NCBI RefSeq assembly: GCF_964204645.1
Contig: NC_134026.1
Coordinates: 21,548,150-21,612,149 of the forward strand
DNA from: Tubulanus polymorphus
Taxonomy: Eukaryota > Animalia > Nemertea
DNA: 64,000 bases
Direction: 5' to 3'
This document shows positions 62,085 through 64,000 of the stretch, piece by piece. A program made the position numbers and the translations under genes. The notes under the pieces are model-generated. The model had not been told where the DNA came from, ran no database searches, and saw only the letters and a program-made list of their open reading frames with translations. Position 1 is the first letter of the stretch. Every line of letters starts with the position of its first letter.

Positions 62085-64000
62085 TTTTCATCAGATGATG
62101 ACGTACCAAAAATGAAAATGGCAGGTTAATGTACAATCATATACTTATATAGTTTTTGAGACCATTTCCTGGAGATCCATCTGACAAATTTACACGATTA
62201 CATATATCTATATGGCAAATCAGATTAACATAAAAATCTTCGATGATGAAATACTTGCACGTACGATTGATATTTCAATGTGTATCCTGCAACTTTTTCT
62301 TTCAGATCGGTGTACATGTTATGATAGATACGCGTGCAAGCCAGTTTGGGATGGAAAATGTTTACAGTTTTGTTTTTATTTCGTGGTTTATGTAGACAGC
62401 TTATTGTAGACACCAAGTAACTACGAAGGTTCTCCATTCTCGATTTATGACACATCTATACTGTTAAAATTGAAATTTTGAGTATTTGAAGAAGTAAATA
62501 CATACATGAAATCACATTCCCTCGTGGGAATATCACAGTTATTGATCTACAGTGGCTCTGTGATGCAGTACGTGTGGGGACATACTTACTTAAATCAAGA
62601 AAATCTATGTTTTAACTCGCCAAATCGGATTTTCTTTTATACAGAAAATTCGTCTTGTATAAAATTAAGCTTAAGGCCCGAATCGACCATCATACAACGC
62701 ATAGCGAAACACATTAATCTCGTCAGATATGGATAGAGATATCCATAGATATGTTTCATGCTTTCAGAGCAGATTGTCCAAGCGAAGGCCCTTTTCGATT
62801 GTGCTCTTCCGGAAGATCTACTTTCTCTTTCGATTATCGCGTCTTGAGTTTCTGCCAATTCATCCTCCAAAATCTAAAAAATCATCTTAGCTTACTTCGG
62901 GTTCCACTTTTCATCCGTTGGCCTTATGTCCGTCCGTCGGTAGACGGAATCCAGTTATTTTGGGAAGTTTTGAAGACGCTCCTATGGATTTTCTTGATAT
63001 TTGGTTTATACATGTATCTACCTTAGATACATACCTCAGATGCCAATATGAGTAATAATAGACTAGGCTCGAACCTGGGACACCCCTGGTTATCCTCTAA
63101 TAACCACCCTCACGCAGAAGCCATCTATCCATCACTAATCATTCACAAATAAACTAGACAAGAAATAGTATTTATTACACATTTTTTATTAGAAGAGATG
63201 TATCGTAATTCCTAGTTAATCATTGCGCAAGGCAGCAATTTGAACAACTATACGATGTTTATAATATATATATATATATACACACAAGCACCTGATATTT
63301 TACTATATAATTAATCATTTATCATTAAGATTACTATAGATGATGTAATTTTGTACAACTGGAGTATTCGTAGGTAAACACACATTATTTTATTATACGA
63401 CGTACAATCCACAATTTGAATGAGAATCAATTGGACTTTTTAGTCAATTTATGCTTTTTCATCGTATCATCCAAACTTCAGGTTTTTCAATGATGATTCT
63501 TAACATACATTAGTAGAACGAAGAAACTTAGACAGATGCTCTTTTAGGTTATTTCAATTATTAGTTCAAGTAACATTATTCATTTATCGTCAATAACAAG
63601 CTACAGTTTTTTTTTTCTAAAATATACTAATATAACTTATGTACAATGTTTTTCACTTTTCATCTGCACCATTTTCAACAACAATTTATTCAGAAGCGAT
63701 TTGTTATTTTCGGTAGAAATTGAAAGTTGAAGTCAGTCAATCTCCGCAACCAGTTGCTTGGTTCATAAAGCAAACCAGATTATTTGGAGCTGATGAAATT
63801 AGTAGTTCAGTTTACTGGCAATCAAATCGGATTATGTATATATCATGTAGTACAATTCCATATCGAAGTGCAGAAGATCAAAATCCTTATCAAACGTTTT
63901 AACCATTGAATTCTATTGGTATTTTGAATTGCATTGAAATATCTCAACTTTTTTTCTTTAATTCTCAACTTCTCTCAAAAATTTCCACTCAAACGCTTTC

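Larger units (their letters stand above)
60287..63226. repeat. Tandem segmental duplication, ~1.4-1.5 kb unit (60287-61722 / 61723-63226), one defensin-like gene per unit
   Basis: Both units start AGTTGTCGAGAACTGGAAAA and end TTTATTAGAAGAGATGTATCGTAATTCCTA.TTAATCATTGC, with collinear internal blocks. Confidence 0.9.

Overview
Intron-rich, AT-rich animal (invertebrate, probably lophotrochozoan; taxon is inference) genomic window. In order: 3' end of a DIRS-type retrotransposon; 3' exons of GGNBP2 (+); a 14-3-3 epsilon locus (+); FTSJ3 (-) head-to-head with EIF3C (+); TYW1 (-) head-to-head with RAD1 (+); DNAJC30 (-); a tandem cluster of secreted beta-defensin-like peptides (-). The standout is the 14-3-3 locus. 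It has only two copies of exons 1-2 but four copies of the exon 3-4-5 block. Gene 2's exons 1-2 are followed by three intact, phase-compatible 3' cassettes (a, b, c), each with its own stop and poly(A) signal, implying mutually exclusive choice of the whole C-terminal two-thirds of the protein. Intron 2 of both genes holds three conserved elements (A, B, C) that base-pair with a compensatory change and flank a cryptic nested CAG|GTAAG donor and Y-tract AG acceptor. Analogous pairings lie upstream of cassettes b and c. This suggests an RNA-structure-guided, possibly two-step (nested) splicing switch. All exon structures and pairings were read by eye; none is confirmed by RNA data.
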